Notes under the pieces: generated by a model | What the model was told of the DNA's origin: nothing | Seen by the model: only the letters and a program-made list of their open reading frames with translations | Database searches by the model: none | Part shown: positions 1-26,698 of the stretch, one piece after another | Layout: each line of letters opens with the position of its first letter | Position numbering within the stretch: the stretch's first letter is position 1 | Position numbers and translations under genes: made by a program | Origin: Tubiluchus corallicola | Taxonomy: Eukaryota; Animalia; Priapulida | Direction: 5' to 3' | DNA length: 64,000 bases | Assembly (NCBI GenBank): GCA_030141605.1 | Contig: JAQGDQ010000164.1 | Location: forward strand, 62,001 to 126,000

Positions 1-1235
1 TAATTCCACTATCATCTACTCACGTAATTCCACTGTCATCTACTCACATAATTCCACTATCATCTATTCACATAATTCCACTATCATCTATTCACATAAT
101 TCCACTATCATCTATTCACATAATTCCACTATCATCTACTCACGTAATTCCACTATCATCTACTCACGTAATTCCACTATCATCTATTCACATAATTCCA
201 CTATCATCTATTCACATAATTCCACTATCATCTACTCACATAATTCCACTATCATCTATTCACATAATTCCACTATCATCTATTCACATAATTCCACTAT
301 CATCTATTCACATAATTCCACTATCATCTACTCACGTAATTCCACTATCATCTACTCACGTAATTCCACTATCATCTATTCACATAATTCCACTATCATC
401 TATTCACATAATTCCACTATCATCTACTCACATAATTCCACTATCATCTATTCACATAATTCCACTATCATCTATTCACATAATTCCACTATCATCTATT
501 CACATAATTCCACTATCATCTACTCACGTAATTCCACTATCATCTACTCACGTAATTCCACTATCATCTATTCACATAATTCCACTATCATCTATTCACA
601 TAATTCCACTATCATCTACTCACATAATTCCACTATCATCTATTCACATAATTCCACTATCATCTATTCACATAATTCCACTATCATCTACTCACATAAT
701 TCCACTATCATCTACTCACGTAATTCCACTATCATCTACTCACGTAATTCCACTATCATCTACTCACATAATTCCACTATCATCTACTCACATAATTCCA
801 CTATCATCTACTCACGTAATTCCACTATCATCTACTCACGTAATTCCACTATCATCTATTCACATAATTCCACTATCATCTATTCACATAATTCCACTAT
901 CATCTACTCACATAATTCCATTATCATCTACTCACATAATTCCACTATCATCTACTCACGTAATTCCACTATCATCTACTCACATAATTCCATCTACTCA
1001 CGTAATTCCACTATCATCTACTCACGTAATTCCACTATCATCTACTCACGTAATTCCACTATCATCTACTCACATAATTCCATTATCATCTACTCACATA
1101 ATTCCACTATCATCTACTCACGTAATTCCACTATCATCTACTCACACAGTTCCATCTACTCACGTAATTCCACTATCATCTACTCACGTAATTCCACTAT
1201 CATCTACTCACATAATTCCACTATCATCTACTCAC
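1..1235 (-). repeat. 24-bp minisatellite, about 51 copies visible, starting at an EEA1 splice donor
   Basis: Unit TAATTCCACTATCATCTA(C/T)TCAC(A/G); minus strand GTGA(G/A)TAGATGATAGTGGAATTA(T/C). The terminal copy's GTGAGT is the donor after exon 1405-1236. Truncated by the window edge. Confidence 0.97.
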
Positions 1236-4200
1236 CTATTTTGACTTACAAGAGTCTCTTCCTCTAGCTTTCCCTCTTTCTCTCTCATTGTTACTCTAAG
1301 TTCATCATTTACAACACACTGCTCTTTGTACTGCAGCTGCAATGTGGACAGTTCTCTTGTAAGATCGTCAATCTGGGAAACCTTCTGTTTCAATTCCATA
1401 TCACTCTAAATCCATATGTAATACTATATATGATATGATACATAAAATTACATGCATGACAATATTATTCAACTGATATTAGTAAACATGAATAATTCAA
1501 CATTTAATTAAAATAATATTATTTTTCATTATTACAACTTACACGTTTCTGATTTTTGTCTAAATATTTTCTGCTACATTACCTTTATGAAATCTACCTA
1601 TAGGAAGTGCAAATAATTGTCTAACCAGAGAAGTTACTAATAGATATCAGTTTTGGATTTACAAAATTTGGCAGGAAACCACTAGTGTGCAATCTGTAAA
1701 TCTGTAAAATTAAGGACCATTTTCAGATTTCAGATAGGTAAATAGTGATTTCCCATAGTTTATTACTAAAATATGGGATGACAATGTGCCCACTGGACAG
1801 GAAAGAAATAAAATGTGGTTTTAGACATGTGTCACCATTATTTTATTTTACTGTACTTGCTCTTAGTTCAAATTTAGAATTAGTTCAGATTCAACAATAA
1901 AATATACATAAATGAAAATGTAGAAAAAAACCCACCCACATCATGCACTGTGAGTAAATTTGTTCATCAAGACTAAATCTTTAGTGGATTATGAGGAGTA
2001 GTTTGGTTTCACTATAACAATCAAAAAGATAGTTGTGACAGTTACTGTATAAAGTACATGAGTTGTACAATGTGTGTGGATGCCTTTAGATCATTATTTA
2101 TGAAGCAAATTATTGATATTGCCTTAACACTTCCAAAAATTAACATTTACAGTTGATAAAAAATATGAGACGCTGATCAGACAGTGAAGAGGGAGAACCA
2201 TTTCAACCGCCCACAAAGTACAATTTAAATCAATTTCGGAATTAAACAAAATTTCAGCATACCTATCATCTTGGCAGCTAGGCAAATGCTGCAGTGAGCT
2301 ATTCATTAACTCTTGTAACTGATGACACATTGATATTCACACTTTGAAGAAGAGTTACTACAATTCACAGGAGACCTACAGCAAATTTGAAAGCGAAGCA
2401 CTGGAATGTTTAAGAAATCTGATTTACCTTAGTCAGACTATGCTGAAGTTCAGTAAGCTGCTGATCTTTCTTGTATGCTTCTGCCTGTGCTGAATCACGA
2501 GTGTGAGACAAATCATTCCTCAATGCTGCTTCTGCGTTCTTGGCATCACTCAACTTTTCCTCAAGCTACAAGCACAAATACTTTTAGGATCACACAAATC
2601 AGTAACAGAAATATATAATTATATACAAAAATTTGGTAAAAAAGTCAATATTTGTTCATCGTACATTTATATATATATATATATATATTTATACATTGCA
2701 TTTTCAAATACTTTTGACCTAACAAGAATCATATGTATCATTAACAGCCATACAAGTGTGATATAATATTATCATATAACAAGTACTGGATTTACAATGT
2801 AAAAATGTGTGTTGTCAATAAAGCAATGCTAAATTTTACTGGACTACATTAGAGCACAGCATTGTGTATATTACAGCATTCAGTATCGTGACACTCAAGA
2901 GGCCATAAAAATAACTACATGAAACATTTAACATGATCTTAACCAAAAGCAGAATGTCCAAATTAAACAATAGCTACTGATAGTACAAACGTCCAAATTA
3001 AACAATAGCTACTGATAGTACAAACGTCCAAATTAAACAATAGCTACTGATAGTACAAACGTCCAAATTAATACAATAGCCCATACTGATCCAGTACAAA
3101 CGTCCAAATTAAACGAATAGCTACTGATAGTACACAACGGTACCCAAATTAAACACATCAGCTACTGACCTATGTACATCAGCTTGTAGATTACCAACAT
3201 CCCCTTCGAGCCTCATACATTTGATTGCACTTTCGCTATGCTGCTTTTCCTCTGTCATCAATTTTTCTTGCACGACCGAGAATTCAGATTTTAATTTGTC
3301 CAGTTCCAAATCTTTCTCATTAAGGGCACTGCTGACTTTGACTGCTGCATCAGAATGACTCTGTAACTGACCTTTTAAAAGTTCAAGGTCATCTTGAGTT
3401 GGACGAGAAGATAATTGAGTGAGTAAATCTTGACACTGTACCTCTGATCTATATAAAATATCATACACAATAGTTTAGTAAATGAACTGTCTTATATCTA
3501 CACATAAAACACACAACAATTTCCAGGTTAATCCACAAACCATCAACAACTTTTACACCAACAGATTGGGAAATAGTCACAACCACCCACAGATTATCAA
3601 CTACTTTTACACCAACAGATTTTTAAACAGTCACAACCACCCACAGACTATCAACTACTTTTACACCAACAGATTGGGAAATAGTCACAACCACCCACAG
3701 ACTATCAACCACTTTTATACCAGCAGATTGGGAAACAGTCACAATCATCCACAGACTATTAACTACTTTTACACCAGCAGATTGGGAAACAGTCACAACC
3801 ACCCACAGACCATCAACTACTTTTACACCAGCAGATTGGGAAACAGTCACAACCACCCACAGACTATCAACTACTTTTACACCAGTAGATTGGGAAACAG
3901 TCACAATCATAGTTTCTGAGCATCCTGCTTCAAAGAAACATTTTTTCAAAATGACATCATATAAGTGTGTCTTGAATTATTCTGTGCAGCACAAAAAAAA
4001 TTATTTTAACTCTTATAACCAGGTATTCAGTCCTGATTAATTTGGTTTAGTCCAGAACAATTAAGTTTGTACAGATAAATATCAATAAAACCTGTTATGC
4101 AGACTAACTAATATCTGGTCTTACACACAACACACTAACAATTAACTTACTCAGTCAATTTCTCCTGAGTTTCTCTAATGCGAGCGTAAAGATTTGTGCT

Positions 4201-7200
4201 CTCTGTTTTTCGCTCATCTTTTTCTGCTTCGAGTCTTGATTGCAACTGCACCACCTCTTGTCTTAATGATACAACCTCCTCTGATCCCGGTCTGAAATGA
4301 CAACAATAAACAATCGATGTTTCATAAAAATTCAAAATTAAATTGAAGAGCTTTAAATAAAATTTAACACAAAAATAAAATTTTAGAAACAAACTTTGTA
4401 CTATTCAAAATAAAAAGATTTGAGCACAAGATATATATACAACTATTCATGTAGACATTTTATATCTTTACAAAGTTTAACAAAGTTTGAATGTCTTCTT
4501 CTAATGCAGAAAATTGCCAGGGCAGTATAGAGGTAGAAACGGCCCAGAAACAGTTTTGTGGTGGCTATCAATTATTCTTAATTCTGTTGCAAATATTATA
4601 TTAGAACCTGTCTTTTGGAATATACAGGGAACTACAAAAAACTTCACTGAAATTTTTGAGTTTTAAAACTTTTTTAGAATTTTTCTTTACAGTAGATCTC
4701 TTAATTCAATAACTAGGTAACTATGATGAACATATGCATACATGGAATGAATTCATGTGGACCTGATGTATTAAACAATTGTATAAATTTCTTAGTTTTT
4801 GTCATCTAGCTACTCTGTTATGGGAGTGTATAATAAATATCAAGGCTATTTGCTCTGCAAATAGATTCTAAAAGGAAAATTTAGGTGGAACAAAACAAAA
4901 TTTGTAAACAAGTTCATTTAATTAAATTACTGAATAATATTTAATGTACTGTTTGCCAATTCCTAGTTTAATTGCTGAAACTGTTTGTCCAGTTTTAATG
5001 CAAATACAGTAGATTACATTGTAATTCCAATATTGAGAAATTATTAGAGTAGCACTGTGTAAGGCTGTATGTAGTAAATAACTATAAGTAATTATTTTCA
5101 TCTGTCATGAAACAATGGACTGCTGATCACTGGCCAACATGTCTGAACGCAACTGAAAGAGTATCGCGGGTTCAGTATGTGAGTAGCAACGCGATTGGCT
5201 AGTAACTTTACGGATTGTCCAATAAGAGGCTATACCTCATTCTGCTATGAATAATGATAACATACTGAGATAAAAGACTGGGAAAATGACACAAAGAAAA
5301 CCTCATTATTTCAAAGAAAAATTACATTATATTTTTTAATTGTTTTGTTCATTTCCTAAGTCATTTATTAGTTACGGTTTTTGACTTATTTACTTTCCAA
5401 ACACTGAAATTTTACTCAAGTAACGACTGACTAAATATCACACTCTGCATTTTCGAGAATGAATAAGTGAGAGGCACAGTAAATGGCATTTATAAATTCA
5501 ATTAGCGAGTGTGATGGTGTTTCATGTCAATGTCTGACTTTAGAGGATGCACATTAAGTGAATAATGTTGACATAAAAGAGAAATTTGGAACAATGTAAA
5601 TGCAAAACCTCTGCTGTAACTGCTGCTCCAATGTGTCAGAGTAGCTTGTTTTTTCAGTCAACTGGGATTGCAGAACTTGTACTCTAGTCTCTAAGCTTGC
5701 ACTTCGACTAGATGCCTCGTCTAGCTTTGCCTAAAAGTAAGAAAATCAGTTTGTGCAGAAAATTTTGAAATAACTTGTCACATAAAATTAGTTAAAATAC
5801 TTAATTGGTTTTAAACACATTGAAGTATGCAACTTTTTACAAATGAACTGTTTGTGTGGCTTCAATACAAATATTGTTCAAAAGAAGCACTTTATATATT
5901 GCTGGTACAAATGTTTGATTTACAAATAAACAAAGAGTTTTCTAAATATTTAGGAAAATAAGTATTCATGACTACTGCTAAATAAATATGGGTTACTGTG
6001 ACTGTATTTACTGCTCTAGTATAAAATAATTAGAGCTGAATCACAATACATCAATATTTTAGTTTTTTTCTTCTAAATAGCAGGTATATTGAAATTATAA
6101 ACTTAATTCTTTAAAAATTTATTTTAATAACACCATTTTAAATAAGCCTTTCATACTAAAATACTAATGATTAAAATGGCAGTCCTGTAGGGATCAATGC
6201 AGCAAAAAACCGCTTAGTCGTATAAAATCAACATTGTAAATATTCATCTCAGAACGGTCATAATAGTCTATAATAATACAATACAAAGCATTTGTTTCAC
6301 AAAATTACCTTGATGTCAGCATTCACTGCTGCCATGGAAGCTGCTTTTTGACTGATAGACTCTTTTTCTGAACGCAAGCTGGCAGCACTGTCCATTAACT
6401 CAGCAAGCTGTTTCCGTAGCAACATGACTTCAGAAGATAAAAGTGCTTTTCCTTCTTCCAAAGCTTTGATCTGAGTTGCCATTAAATCTTCTTCTTCTCG
6501 GCTCTGTAAACGGTCATAATGTGTCATAACAATAATAAATAATCAAATAGGCGATCGTGCACTGTAATCTTGTTAGAAAAGATAGAAGAATGTCAGCATT
6601 TAGAAACAGGTACTAACAGTCTTAAAGTTAAGCTTAATCTTAAAGAAATATATATGTTTATTTATCATCATTGTAACTAAAAGGTTAAATTACATTACAG
6701 TATAAAATTACAAAATATAATTTTTTTAAAAGAATATATAGTGACAAGCACTATTTCACTGTTACAAGATACATGAACGAAGTAAATTAAAATGAGTCAA
6801 GACCTAAGTTAGGAAATAATAAATAAAGCATATGAAAAAAACAGTTCTTGAATCTCTCTGTTCTACATCTAGGTAACGGGTATTTCAAATGGTGACTAGT
6901 ACTATATTTATATGAGTATGGGCAACTGGCAATAGAGTGTAGATTTTATTATTAGGATTTTAAATTGATAAGAACAACTTTTTGCAAGAATTTTCACGAC
7001 GGTTAAATAAAGGTTGAAGATTAGCCAAAATTAGAGCATTTACATGGTTTCATTTGGAAAAGTTATTTTCAATGAACGCTTTTGAATAGTTTGTAACAAA
7101 TCAAAGAGAGATGAGTGCCATATCCGATGATTCAACAACTACTCTAATCACAGCCTTCTTCTCAACTTACATGATATGATGACATAGCAATGAACAATTT

Positions 7201-9999
7201 CAAATAACAAATCATACATGCACCAATATTAAACAAATACCAGAGTAACAATATAGTTGGTTTTTAATGCTTAAATAGAAGACGAATTAGATAGCAATTG
7301 ACTAAAAAAAGCTAAAAAATTATTTTACCATCTGTGCAAAGGTATAACTATGGCATCTACGACGCTTCATACCTTCATAGCTGGAGTTGTCAAATTTGTA
7401 TTACTATGCAAACTATCCACGTGTAAAGTGAGATCATCAGCTGAATGTAACATCATCTTGCATATTGGACAAATAAACCCTTCATTAGGGATATTGTGTA
7501 TCAGCTCATAGTGTTCTTGTAATGCTTCTGGTGAAGGCAAGGCAGACATGCAAGTCGGACAAAGAAACCCCTAAACAAATATAAAAAATAACAATAATTC
7601 TAACAGAAATTCCTATTTTAAATAAATAAAAACTGGCCAATAATTCAACTACACATTGGCTACTGTAAGTGGAGTATCTCGATGTAGTTGCACATCATGA
7701 TTATTGTCAATGTACTTTAAATTTTGTGAATGTTTTGTAGCACATGGGCACCCATGCCAGAAAGGGATCCCTCAGAATTTGGAGGCTTTCTACATTCTAG
7801 AACTGAAATGCTCATTAAATGCTTTACTAATTATTTTAACAACATTTAATTGTGCAAATCCACAGGTTGTGTGCCTAAGCAGTTTCTAAGTTTAACATTT
7901 GTGTTAACAAGTTTGTACATTTGTGTTACTGATAAAAATCACTTGATGCTCCTACACTGGCATGCACTGTACCAATTACAATTACACGATCTCATTTTAA
8001 TCATTCACTGAAAATGTCATATTTATGAAAAAATGCGTTTGGCACATTAAACTTCTTATATTATTTTCTGTACTATTAATAAGTGTTATACTTAATTCCA
8101 AAAAAATTAATTTATATTTGAGACAACGATATTTCTACAATTTACAAAACATGTAAACAAGTTACAATGATAGCCCAATTCTACTATTTCTAGCCCAATT
8201 CTACTATTTCTTTCTCAATCAATAAATTTACTAAATCAGTCTAAAAGAAAGCATTACCTCAACGTCCGTACCCTGAATGCCTGCGCCTCCACCTGAAGAT
8301 GAGGAAATTGTCTGTACTGGGGAGCTGGGCCCATCTTTCTCCTAAAAATTATACATTAGCTGTCTAACAAAAACACCTAAACTACTGGGTGACACTGTTC
8401 ATGAAATCATAACTTCAAAATTAACAAAATAAATGCAAAAATTGAAAACAAAAATTTAGAGTTCATATAAATCAGTTTATTAATGGTCACTAATGGTAAC
8501 ATAATGGTATCATAATATATAGTAAATTTAACTGCTACTTTTACAATTAGAACTATAATGCCTCCATGAACATATATATGCGATATCATAGTATATTAAT
8601 CTTAGACTTAATGACCTGCAAGTAAACAATCCAACAGTTATTACAACATATATGCAATAATGAATGACTATTGGCATACTGATCGAAATTCATTTTTCTC
8701 TCACTCATAGAACTTTGAGGTCATAAGAACTGTTTGTCTCGTCTGTTGGGACCACAGAAGAGCATTTCTTTGCTAATAGAGTTGTTCCTCATTGTAACAA
8801 GTTTGATGATAATGTTGTTAAGGTCAGACTAACGAACTTGTTAAAAGCAGCGTACTGAGATACGTGAATCACCTGCAATAGTGCTAGCACACCTAAACTG
8901 TTTGAAGGTAAATAACTTCTCCCTACCCTTTCTCTGCCTCTACACTACTAATACAAGAGCTTCCTCAAATGTATAATTGTTGTATTCATCCCCATGTTAC
9001 ATTTGAGAGGAGATTAAATAACCTATGTCCCAAAATCTTCCATTTTTCCAGATTCTGTAGTTAATTTGGATTACCGTGCTGAACTTACACACATGGTCTT
9101 ATGAGGACTAATTTTGCCTGATCCAATTTAAGCTTTATTTCAATGAAGGTTATAAAACCAAGCAAATCACCAATAAGCGGGTATTTAAAGTATATGTACT
9201 CAAGTGCTGCATATACTTTTCCAAAATGTGCAGAACACACGATCAACTTTGCAGATTGACTGACGACAACTTTCTATAATCTTTCATGATAATTTTGGCT
9301 TCTTAAAGCATGACTATCGTGAAGCCCTCAATCTCTCCTTAAAAAGGCTTAAACTTGGTGCACTAACCACTGTTTCTGGCAAACTATTCCACTTGTTTAC
9401 TACACAGTGTGAAAAAACGAACTTTTACAAGTAGTTCTTACATAAGGTTTATAATAATAATAATAATATTTTTATTTATCTTGGAACACATGCACAGTTA
9501 TAATACAATTAATTTGGGAACAAAAATGTGAAGAAAAGGCAGCGAAATACAGTTTCTTAGAATGCCCGCGAGTGGACAGCAGAGGTGCAGCCTGAAATAG
9601 TGTATCGCAAGTAATGCGGTCGCTCCATTTATGTACTTGAATACCTCATACAGGTCAGCTGTTTCTCTTCTCTGTTAGAGTGAACAAATCTCAGGACGCA
9701 AATCAGCATAACATAACATAATCGCAGGCACCTATCCTAAACTTTGTGCAATCTCTTGATGTCGAATTATAATGATGGTGACCATACTACACTAGAATAT
9801 TTAAATAATGGTCTACTAATTTCTGAAATCTGGCAAATCATTGGCGAAGAGTAGGAATAAAACGGGACCGGTATAGATCCTTGCGGAACTATACTATATT
9901 TAAACTTAAGTCCACTGAATAGCATACTAATAGAGACGGTAGATAATGTCATCATACCCGTTCGGTAGTTTTCAGTAAATTTTTTACTCCTTTAAACAT
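1236..9999 (-). CDS. EEA1: Early endosome antigen 1-like, 5' part (spliced; continues left of the window). Exons 9999-9958, 8341-8258, 7570-7373, 6503-6309, 5730-5609, 4291-4151, 3448-3170, 2565-2428, 1405-1236
   Basis: GT-AG exons give MFKGVKNLLKTTER...VEGFLCPTCMSALPSPEALQEHYELIH (EEA1-type N-terminal C2H2 finger), then long coiled coil including LQQRPGSEEVVSLRQE, resembling EEA1 LQRPGIEDV. Phases agree at all junctions except 3170/2565. The FYVE domain is not in the window. Confidence 0.85.
2956..3169 (-). repeat. 35-bp minisatellite, about 6 copies, abutting an EEA1 splice donor
   Basis: Unit GTCCAAATTAAACAATAGCTACTGATAGTACAAAC; copies at 3061-3169 carry many small insertions. Confidence 0.9.
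3533..3910. repeat. 54-bp minisatellite, about 7 copies, EEA1 intron
   Basis: Unit CCACAGACTATCAACTACTTTTACACCAGCAGATTGGGAAACAGTCACAACCAC. Confidence 0.95.
9330..9930 (-). mobile_element. Decayed CR1/L2-type LINE fragments in EEA1 intron 1
   Basis: Minus strand VVNKWNSLPETVVSAPSLSLFKERL (typical CR1 ORF2 C-terminus, about 9330-9405) and VPQGS RT motif near 9880; frames are broken. Confidence 0.7.
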
Positions 10000-10517
10000 C
10001 TTCAACAATGATTTTACACGTGAAAATAGAGAGATATCAAAGAGATGCGCCCATATGCGCCGCTGTCCGCTAGGTGGGTGTCAATTTGCCAGACACAACT
10101 AATCACGATCAAAAAACTTTTTAAATTTTCAACAAAATGCTGCAACTCAGCCGTAACATTTTTAACTAACTAGTTAATTTTCCATTGCCTTATGTATATG
10201 CTTATTTTTGAAATAAAAATTTACTGTTAGAACTCACAGTTTTAATATTAGTTTTGTAAAATGTGTTATCACGTTGTACGCCTGGTGTCCTTGCTGCGGG
10301 TACTGTTACTACTGTATGCCGTGAAAACAATCACACGTAAGTATTTTAGAGAACGGTCTCTATTTTAGAGAAAAAGTTTGGCTTTTTTGCATGACACAGT
10401 ATAACTTGAAATTTTATTGTTAACTTATTATTATTTTTTAGAATCAGTGGTTAGAAACAGATCCAATCCAGTGTAGATTACGCACTGTCTGTACAGCTAG
10501 CCACGGTCTAGGAAGAA
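10000..10517. promoter_or_regulatory. Probable bidirectional promoter between EEA1 and DLD
   Basis: Divergent ATGs only about 520 bp apart; local CpG enrichment (10045-10080, 10270-10340); probable DLD 5'UTR intron 10337-10441 (GTAAGT...TTTTAG). Confidence 0.7.
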
Positions 10518-23008
<12,491 letters not shown>

Positions 23009-23334
23009 GTGCATCCTGTACATATAGACTGAAACGCATGTAGCTCCTTGTCATCTGTACATAATGAACATTTTATTTAATGCTTAAATGTGCTGTGCAG
23101 AGATGCTGGAGTCCGCAGGTTGGTGGAGCTGCAGACCCCACAGTGGTTGCTGGACCTGATTGAATCGCGGATCTAACATATTTCTCAATCATTATTTTAT
23201 GTGCCCAAGTTTAAAACTGGAGTCTGACAGTGTAATAATAGCTTTTTTCTAATATTCAAGTCAAAAATGTTCCCTAGTCTGTCGCACACTAGTAACCCAC
23301 TCGTACCTTCATGCCCAAGCCGGTTAGCAATCCC

Positions 23335-24228
23335 TCACAGTCTCACAAGTCGCCGACAGTCTCACTAGTCGCTCAGTCTCACAAGCCACTCACTCTCTCA
23401 CTACTCGTTCACAGTCTCACTAGTCGCTCACACTCTCACAACTCGCCGACAGTCTCACTAATCGCTCAGTCTCACAAGCCACTCACTCTCTCACTACTCG
23501 TTCACAGACTCACTAGTCGCTCACAGTCTCACAAGTCGCTCAAGGTCTCACAAGCCACTCACTGTCTCACTACTCGTTCACAGACTCACTAGTCGCTCAC
23601 AATCTCACAAGTCGCCGACAGTCTCACTAGTCGCTCAGTCTCACAAGCCACTCACTCTCTCACTGCTCGTTCACAGACTCACTAGTCGCTCACAGTCTCA
23701 CAAGTCGCTGACAGTCTCAATAGTCGCTCAAAGTCTCACAAGCCACTCACTGTCTCACTACTCGTTCACAGACTCACTAGTCGCCCACAGTCTCACAAGT
23801 CGCCGACAGTCTCACTAGTCGCTCAGTCTCACAAGCCACTCACTCTCTCACTACTCATTCACAGACTCACTAGTCGCTCACAGTCTCACAAGTCGCTGAC
23901 AGTCTCACTAGTCGCTCAAAGTCTCAAGCCACTCACTGTCTCACTACTCGTTCACAGACTCACTAGTCGCTCACAGTCTCACAAGTCGCTGACAGTCTCA
24001 CTAGTCGCTCAAAGTCTCACAAGCCACTCACTGTCTCACTACTCGTTCACAGACTCACTAGTCGCTCACAGTCTCACAAGTCCCTCAGAGTCCCACTAGT
24101 CGCTCACAGTCTCACGTGTCACTCACAGTCTTACTAGTCACTCAGTCTCACAAGTTGCTCAGTCTCACAAGCCACTCACAGTCTCACAAGTCACTCACAG
24201 TTTTGCAAGTCACTCACAATCTCACAAG
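23335..24228. repeat. About 19-bp monomer satellite with about 5-mer higher-order structure, downstream of the DLD stop
   Basis: Monomer CAGTCTCAC(A/T)AGTCGCTCA; variant CTCGTTCACAG recurs every about 76-95 bp. Confidence 0.92.
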
Positions 24229-26205
24229 AGACCATATCAAGTTAAAAATCAGAGTTTAAACGTTAGAAAATAATGATTTTTTGTGGTGGGTCCATGGATC
24301 CAGCTAGTGTATAGACTTCATGACAAAAGCCCGCATTTCTAGTACTGTGTACTTTTGCAGCAGGTATAGTATTATTACCATGTTAGTGCCGTGTAGTGAG
24401 AGTTGTTGCTATTAAAATGTTAAACTGTTCAGGTTCTTAAACTCAATAAAATGCTAAAAATTAAGTGAATAAACTTTATTTATGGAATATTGTAGTAATA
24501 CATTCATGTTTTTTAGTGATAAACTTGGTCATAACAAACCATATCAACTTATATTTGCATATTATAGCCAAGCAGTACATATACAAGGATACAAGGAGTA
24601 ACTATAGTTTTGAACTTGAACGCTAGGCCTTAATAAAGTAAAATTATTTTTCCAGCTAGTAACATCGATGTTATACCATCACACGTTGTGCAATACATTT
24701 ACAATAAATGTGTCAATTTTTGACAACAATTTTAACAGCATAAATATAATTTTCCATTTAATGATAATCATTTAATTACACATTACATTGTCTATACTAA
24801 CATGCAAATGAAAAAATAGAATTTGTGGTAATACAGGATCACGTATCATAGCTACAGTAAATTAGATATAAAAATGTTACATATTTCATATTCTTATTGT
24901 AGTTCATACAGCAGGAACTACGCAACATGACATGAATACATTACATTTAAAATCGAGTTAAGACTAATACAAACATTACGTTTCATACTGACGTGACTAT
25001 CGTCTAATATACACAGTAACAGATGAATATAGCTGCAGTCAATTCATTTATTCTGCTGACTTCAGCACTTTTTAAGAAATAAAAGTTGAATGTGTTTGAT
25101 GAGCAACGAGTCAAAATGTGTGCGAACGTGATCCAGCTGGTACTTTCAAACAAACTGTTCTGTTACAAAAATATCCGGGAACTATGCTTTTCGGTTCTGT
25201 TTTAGATCACTTCCTTTTCAGAATTTATTGCTGTTTATTTCCGGTGTTTTCCAGACGGAAAACAAACGTGGCAGTCCTGGGGAAATTTACCTTAATTCCA
25301 AACACACTAAGATGTTAACGTAGAATTCGAGACTGGAAAATTAGCACCCCCAAAAAATCTTTTAGCTTCCAAACAGATACAGAATGGAACAGCTATTTTT
25401 TTTTAAATTTCTTAGGTTTCTTAGGTAGAAAAAGAAAATGAAAATCTTACAAAAATAGTGGAAAGTTCAGTACACAAAAATAGATTCTAATTAACATATA
25501 CTGTCACAGACTAAACATCCACATTTTCACCGGATATTATTCAAATATAAATGTTTGGCAACTCTCATTTTTTGAATCAGCACATTTAATATATCTGCAC
25601 AACAATAGATAACTTGCTGTTACAAAATGGCTCGATACATGGTATAAACAATGAAAATAATGATATGCAAGGAAATTAAATACAATATTATATAAATGAG
25701 TATATTTGAAGTATAAAATTAAACATTTTCTACAAATTGGCACAAATAACAAAATAAAAAATATATATTTAAATTAAAACTAGTACGCTAAGCACATCAC
25801 TAATTCGTAATGAAAACAAGGAGTAACTATAAAGGCATAAAATGATAATTATGATATTCAAACTTACGAATTGAAAACTTCAGCTAGCCCAGTTTTAACA
25901 ACAGTAATCTAAGCATATTCTAAACTTTGATCCAAAATACACTAAAGACACTGATTTGAGTCGTGAAACCAGTAACCAGTAACAGCAAAAATCCTGAAAG
26001 TTAATGTTGATGAAACATTTGTTTGACACATTATTCTGCAAGTTCAAGTGTTCCAAAGTTTAAAAATAAAGAAGTAACTTTGACAAAGACTAGTAGAGAT
26101 TGATTAAATAAATTCTCTGAAATTAATCTAATTCAAATGATAATTACTGTCCTTGTTGAACTTTTCATCTTTATCAAATATCGCTAACAGAAGCAATAAC
26201 ACAAG

Positions 26206-26698
26206 CAAGGGCCACAAGTATTAAGAGCTGAAACAAGGGCCACAAGTATTAAGAGCTGAAACACGGGCCACAAATATCAAGAGCTGAAACACGGGGCCAC
26301 AAGTATTAAGAGCGGAAACACGGGCCACAAGTATTAAGAGCTGAAACAAGGGCCACAAGTATTAAGAGCTGAAGCAAGGGCCACAAGTATTAAGAGCTGA
26401 AACAAGGGCCACAAGTATTAAGAGCTGAAACAAGGGCCACAAGTATTAAGAGCTGAAACAAGGGCCACAAGTATTAAGAGCTGAAACAAGGGCCACAAGT
26501 ATTAAGAGCTGAAACAAGGGCCACAAATATTAAGAGCTGAAACAAGGGCCACAAGTATTAAGAGCTGAAACAAGGGCCACAAGTATTAAGAGCTGAAACA
26601 CGGGCCACAAGTATTAAGAGCTGAAACAAGGGCCACAAGTATTAAGAGCTGAAACAAGGGCCACAAATATTAAGAGCTGAAACAAGGGCCACAAGTAT
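26206..26698. repeat. 28-bp minisatellite, about 18 copies, downstream of the BTB gene stop
   Basis: Unit CAAGGGCCACAAGTATTAAGAGCTGAAA. Confidence 0.96.

Noticed and set aside
2263-2375. AG...GT-bounded candidate EEA1 exon
   Set aside because: In-frame stops; the flanking exons already join in phase 0.
3482-3949. 145-aa and 108-aa repetitive ORFs
   Set aside because: 54-bp minisatellite in an EEA1 intron.
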